Notes under the pieces: model-generated
Seen by the model: the letters and a program-made list of their open reading frames with translations, nothing else
What the model was told of the DNA's origin: nothing
Databases searched by the model: none
DNA from: Nitrobacter sp. 62-23
GTDB lineage: Bacteria > Pseudomonadota > Alphaproteobacteria > Rhizobiales > Xanthobacteraceae
Assembly: GCF_001897285.1 (NCBI RefSeq)
Contig: NZ_MKSM01000123.1
Location: forward strand, 12,675 to 76,674
DNA: 64,000 nucleotides
Direction: 5' to 3'
Shown: piece by piece, positions 61,408 to 64,000 of the stretch
Layout of the letters: the number at the start of each line of letters is the position of its first letter
How positions within the stretch are numbered: position 1 is the first letter of the stretch
Position numbers and translations under genes: made by a program

Positions 61408-62568
61408 TCAGGCGGCGAGATCGGCCACCACCGCATCGAGCAGCGGAAAGCCATCCTGCGTGACCCGCAAACGGCCGTCGGGGCTGATCGCGATCGCGCC
61501 TTCCTCGCGCAAAATCGCGATTCGCCGCGGATCGAGAGGGCGGCCCGCCAGCGCCGCGTAACGCTGCGGATCGATGCCCTCGCGCAAGCGCAGCCCCATC
61601 AGCAGGAACTCGTCGGCGCGCTCTTCGCTGTTCAGGAGATCGTCGGCGACGATCCCGTTCCCGATCGCCTCGACCCGCATGAGCCAGGCTTCGGGCCGCT
61701 TTTCGGTGGCGATCGCGTGCCTGTCGCCATCAATGTCGAGACGTCCGTGCGCCCCGGGACCGATGCCCGCATACTCCTGCCCGCGCCAGTAGACCAGGTT
61801 GTGCCGGCATTCGGCGCCGCTCCGCGCGTGGTTGGAAATCTCATAGGCCGGCAGGCCATGACGCGCGCAGATCTCCTGCGTGACGTCATACAAAGCGCGC
61901 GCGATCGCCTCGTCTGGCGTCCTGAGTTTGCCGGCCGCGTGCAGGCCGTAAAACGGCGTGCCTTCCTCGATGGTCAATTGATAGAGCGACAGATGCTCGG
62001 CGGCTTGCGAGATCGCGCGCTGCAATTCCTCCGCCCACATCTCAGGCGTCTGGTCGGGGCGCGCATAGATCAGATCGAAGGAATAGCGGTCGAACACCGA
62101 GCGCGCGATCGCGACCGCGTCCAGCGCCTCGCGGGCGGTGTGCAGCCGTCCGAGAGCTTTCAGCGAGGCATCGTCGAGCGCCTGCACGCCGAGCGAGACG
62201 CGAGTGACGCCGGCTGTGCGATAGCCGCGGAACCGCGTGGCCTCGACGCTGGTGGGATTGGCCTCCAGCGTGATCTCGACGTCATCAGCAACGCTCCAAT
62301 GCTGTCCGATTGCTTCGAGGATGGCGCCGACGGTCTGCGGCTGCATCAAGGACGGGGTGCCGCCGCCGAGGAAGATCGAGGACACGTCGCGGCCGGGTGC
62401 GCGGGCGGCGGTGGTTTCGATCTCGCGCACGAATGCCCGCACGAAGCGTTCTTCATCGATCGGGGCGTGGCGGACATGACTGTTGAAGTCGCAATACGGG
62501 CACTTCGACAGGCAGAACGGCCAGTGCACATAGACGCCGAAAGCGGGTTTCGTGTCAGCGGCGAGCAA
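61408..62568 (-). CDS. hemW: Radical SAM heme chaperone HemW (start uncertain)
   Basis: [41 protein letters not shown]. Confidence 0.88.
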   Translation of the reverse strand: MLAADTKPAFGVYVHWPFCLSKCPYCDFNSHVRHAPIDEERFVRAFVREIETTAARAPGRDVSSIFLGGGTPSLMQPQTVGAILEAIGQHWSVADDVEITLEANPTSVEATRFRGYRTAGVTRVSLGVQALDDASLKALGRLHTAREALDAVAIARSVFDRYSFDLIYARPDQTPEMWAEELQRAISQAAEHLSLYQLTIEEGTPFYGLHAAGKLRTPDEAIARALYDVTQEICARHGLPAYEISNHARSGAECRHNLVYWRGQEYAGIGPGAHGRLDIDGDRHAIATEKRPEAWLMRVEAIGNGIVADDLLNSEERADEFLLMGLRLREGIDPQRYAALAGRPLDPRRIAILREEGAIAISPDGRLRVTQDGFPLLDAVVADLAA

Positions 62569-63196
62569 GGACAATCTCCGCAAGCTTCACGAACGCGCGG
62601 GCGCGATGCGACAGGCCGAGGCCGACCGGCGGCAGCCCGTGCTTCTCGATGCTGGTCATCTCGCCGAAGGTGCGGGCGTGACCGTCCGGCAGGAACGCCG
62701 GATCGTAGCCGAAACCGGCCGTGCCGCGCGGGGGCCAGACCAGCGTGCCGTCGACGCGGGCCTCGACCTCCTCGAGATGGTCGTCGGGCCATGCGACGCA
62801 TAATGCCGATACGAAGTGAGCCCGGCGCTTCTCCGGCGTGGTCGCGCCGCGCTCTTGCAACAGCCGCTCGATCCGCCCCATCGCCGCGGAAAAATCCGCA
62901 GGCTTGCCGGCCCAGCGCGCGGAATGGATGCCGGGCGCGCCATCGAGCGCGTCGACGACAAGACCGGAATCGTCGGCAAAGGCCGGAATCTTCGCGCGTC
63001 GCGCTGCGGCGATGGCCTTGATCCGGGCGTTGGCGCGGAAGTCGTCGCCGGTTTCCTCGGGCTCGCCGAGACCGAGTTCCCCGGCAGAGACCGCCTCGAC
63101 GCCGTAGGGCGCGAGCAATTCGCGCATCTCGGCGAGCTTGCCGGGATTGTGGGTGGCGATCACGAGCTTGCCGTCGATGCGACGATGCTGAGTCAT
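62555..63196 (-). CDS. rdgB: RdgB/HAM1 non-canonical purine NTP pyrophosphatase
   Basis: ATHNPGK, EPEETG, ADDSGL, GFGYDP, SHRARA. Confidence 0.93.
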   Translation of the reverse strand: MTQHRRIDGKLVIATHNPGKLAEMRELLAPYGVEAVSAGELGLGEPEETGDDFRANARIKAIAAARRAKIPAFADDSGLVVDALDGAPGIHSARWAGKPADFSAAMGRIERLLQERGATTPEKRRAHFVSALCVAWPDDHLEEVEARVDGTLVWPPRGTAGFGYDPAFLPDGHARTFGEMTSIEKHGLPPVGLGLSHRARAFVKLAEIVLARR

Positions 63197-63212
63197 GGAG
63201 ACTTGATAACCG

Positions 63213-63303
63213 GTCATGGCCGGGCTCGTCCCGGCCATCCACGTCGTAATCCAAAACCAAATTCAGAAAGCAGAGCAGGCCCGGTACAAGGCCGGGCATG
63301 GTC
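63213..63303. repeat. GTCA-type REP pair
   Basis: gtcatggccgggctcgtcccggccatccacgtc ... gcccgg.acaag.ccgggcatggtc. Confidence 0.7.
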
Positions 63304-63312
63304 GCATTTAAA

Positions 63313-64000
63313 TCACGCCACCGCCATTTTCTGCAAATCCACCAGCCGCGCGACCCCTTTTTTGGCGAGCGCCATCAGCGCCAGAAACTCATCCCCCGAG
63401 AACGGGGTCTTCTCGGCGGTTCCCTGCACCTCGATGATGCGCCCGTCGCCGGTCATGACGAAATTGGCGTCGGTATCGGCTTCCGAATCCTCCGCATAGT
63501 CCAGATCGAGGACGGGCGTACCGTTATAGATGCCGCATGAGACCGCCGCCACGTTGTCGCGAAGCACGCCTGGCTTGAGCATGTTGCGGGCCTTCATCCA
63601 GCCGACGCAGTCGGCCAGCGCGACCCACGCGCCGGTGATCGAGGCCGTGCGCGTGCCGCCGTCGGCCTGAATGACATCGCAATCGATCGTGATCTGGCGT
63701 TCGCCGAGCGCCTCGAGGTCGACCGCGGCGCGCAGGGAGCGGCCGATCAGGCGCTGGATTTCGACGGTCCGGCCGCCCTGCTTGCCGGCGGAGGCCTCGC
63801 GCCGGGTCCGCTCCAGCGTGGCGCGCGGCAGCATTCCGTATTCGGCCGTGACCCAGCCGCGCCCCTGGCCCTTGAGCCAGGGCGGCAGCCGCTCCTCCAG
63901 CGTCGCGGTCACCAGCACATGGGTATCGCCGAATTTCACCAGGCAGGAGCCCTCGGCATATTTGACGACGCCACGTTCGAGCGACACGGCGCGCAGTTCA
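63313..64000 (-). CDS. rph: Ribonuclease PH (5' end outside window)
   Basis: [51 protein letters not shown]. Confidence 0.96.
   Translation of the reverse strand, partial: ELRAVSLERGVVKYAEGSCLVKFGDTHVLVTATLEERLPPWLKGQGRGWVTAEYGMLPRATLERTRREASAGKQGGRTVEIQRLIGRSLRAAVDLEALGERQITIDCDVIQADGGTRTASITGAWVALADCVGWMKARNMLKPGVLRDNVAAVSCGIYNGTPVLDLDYAEDSEADTDANFVMTGDGRIIEVQGTAEKTPFSGDEFLALMALAKKGVARLVDLQKMAVA

Overview
High-GC alphaproteobacterial chromosome segment. Gene content and repeat families point to Bradyrhizobiaceae/Nitrobacter-like (inference). It is mostly core genome around the probable replication origin: trxA, folC-accD-trpABF, ihfB-sppA, dnaQ-coaE-maf-PDRP, a candidate oriC, hemJ-rho, mnmE-mnmG-rsmG-parA-parB with three parS sites, tRNA-Gly, infC-rpmI-rplT-pheS-pheT, secB, tim44-mltA-smr, hslUV, hisBHAFE-coaA, a hybrid kinase, comM/yifB, gshB, yraN, rsmI, an LppC-like gene, hemW, rdgB and rph (partial). 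No CRISPR array, transposase, integrase or prophage was seen. The non-routine signals are: (1) an AT-rich 3-TM orphan gene coupled by 4-bp overlaps inside pheS-pheT; (2) modular (C)TAG-bounded palindromic mini-elements whose ends are the stop codon of seven genes and which sit at apparent synteny breaks; (3) next to tRNA-Gly, a CtrA-boxed 4-PAS protein with only a remnant of a chemoreceptor tip, plus an orphan membrane-anchored DUF2235/Tle1-like hydrolase; (4) short in-frame hairpin insertions in trpB and pheS; (5) a CtrA-boxed hybrid kinase with a pseudo-receiver. All protein calls come from motif recognition by eye. No searches were run.
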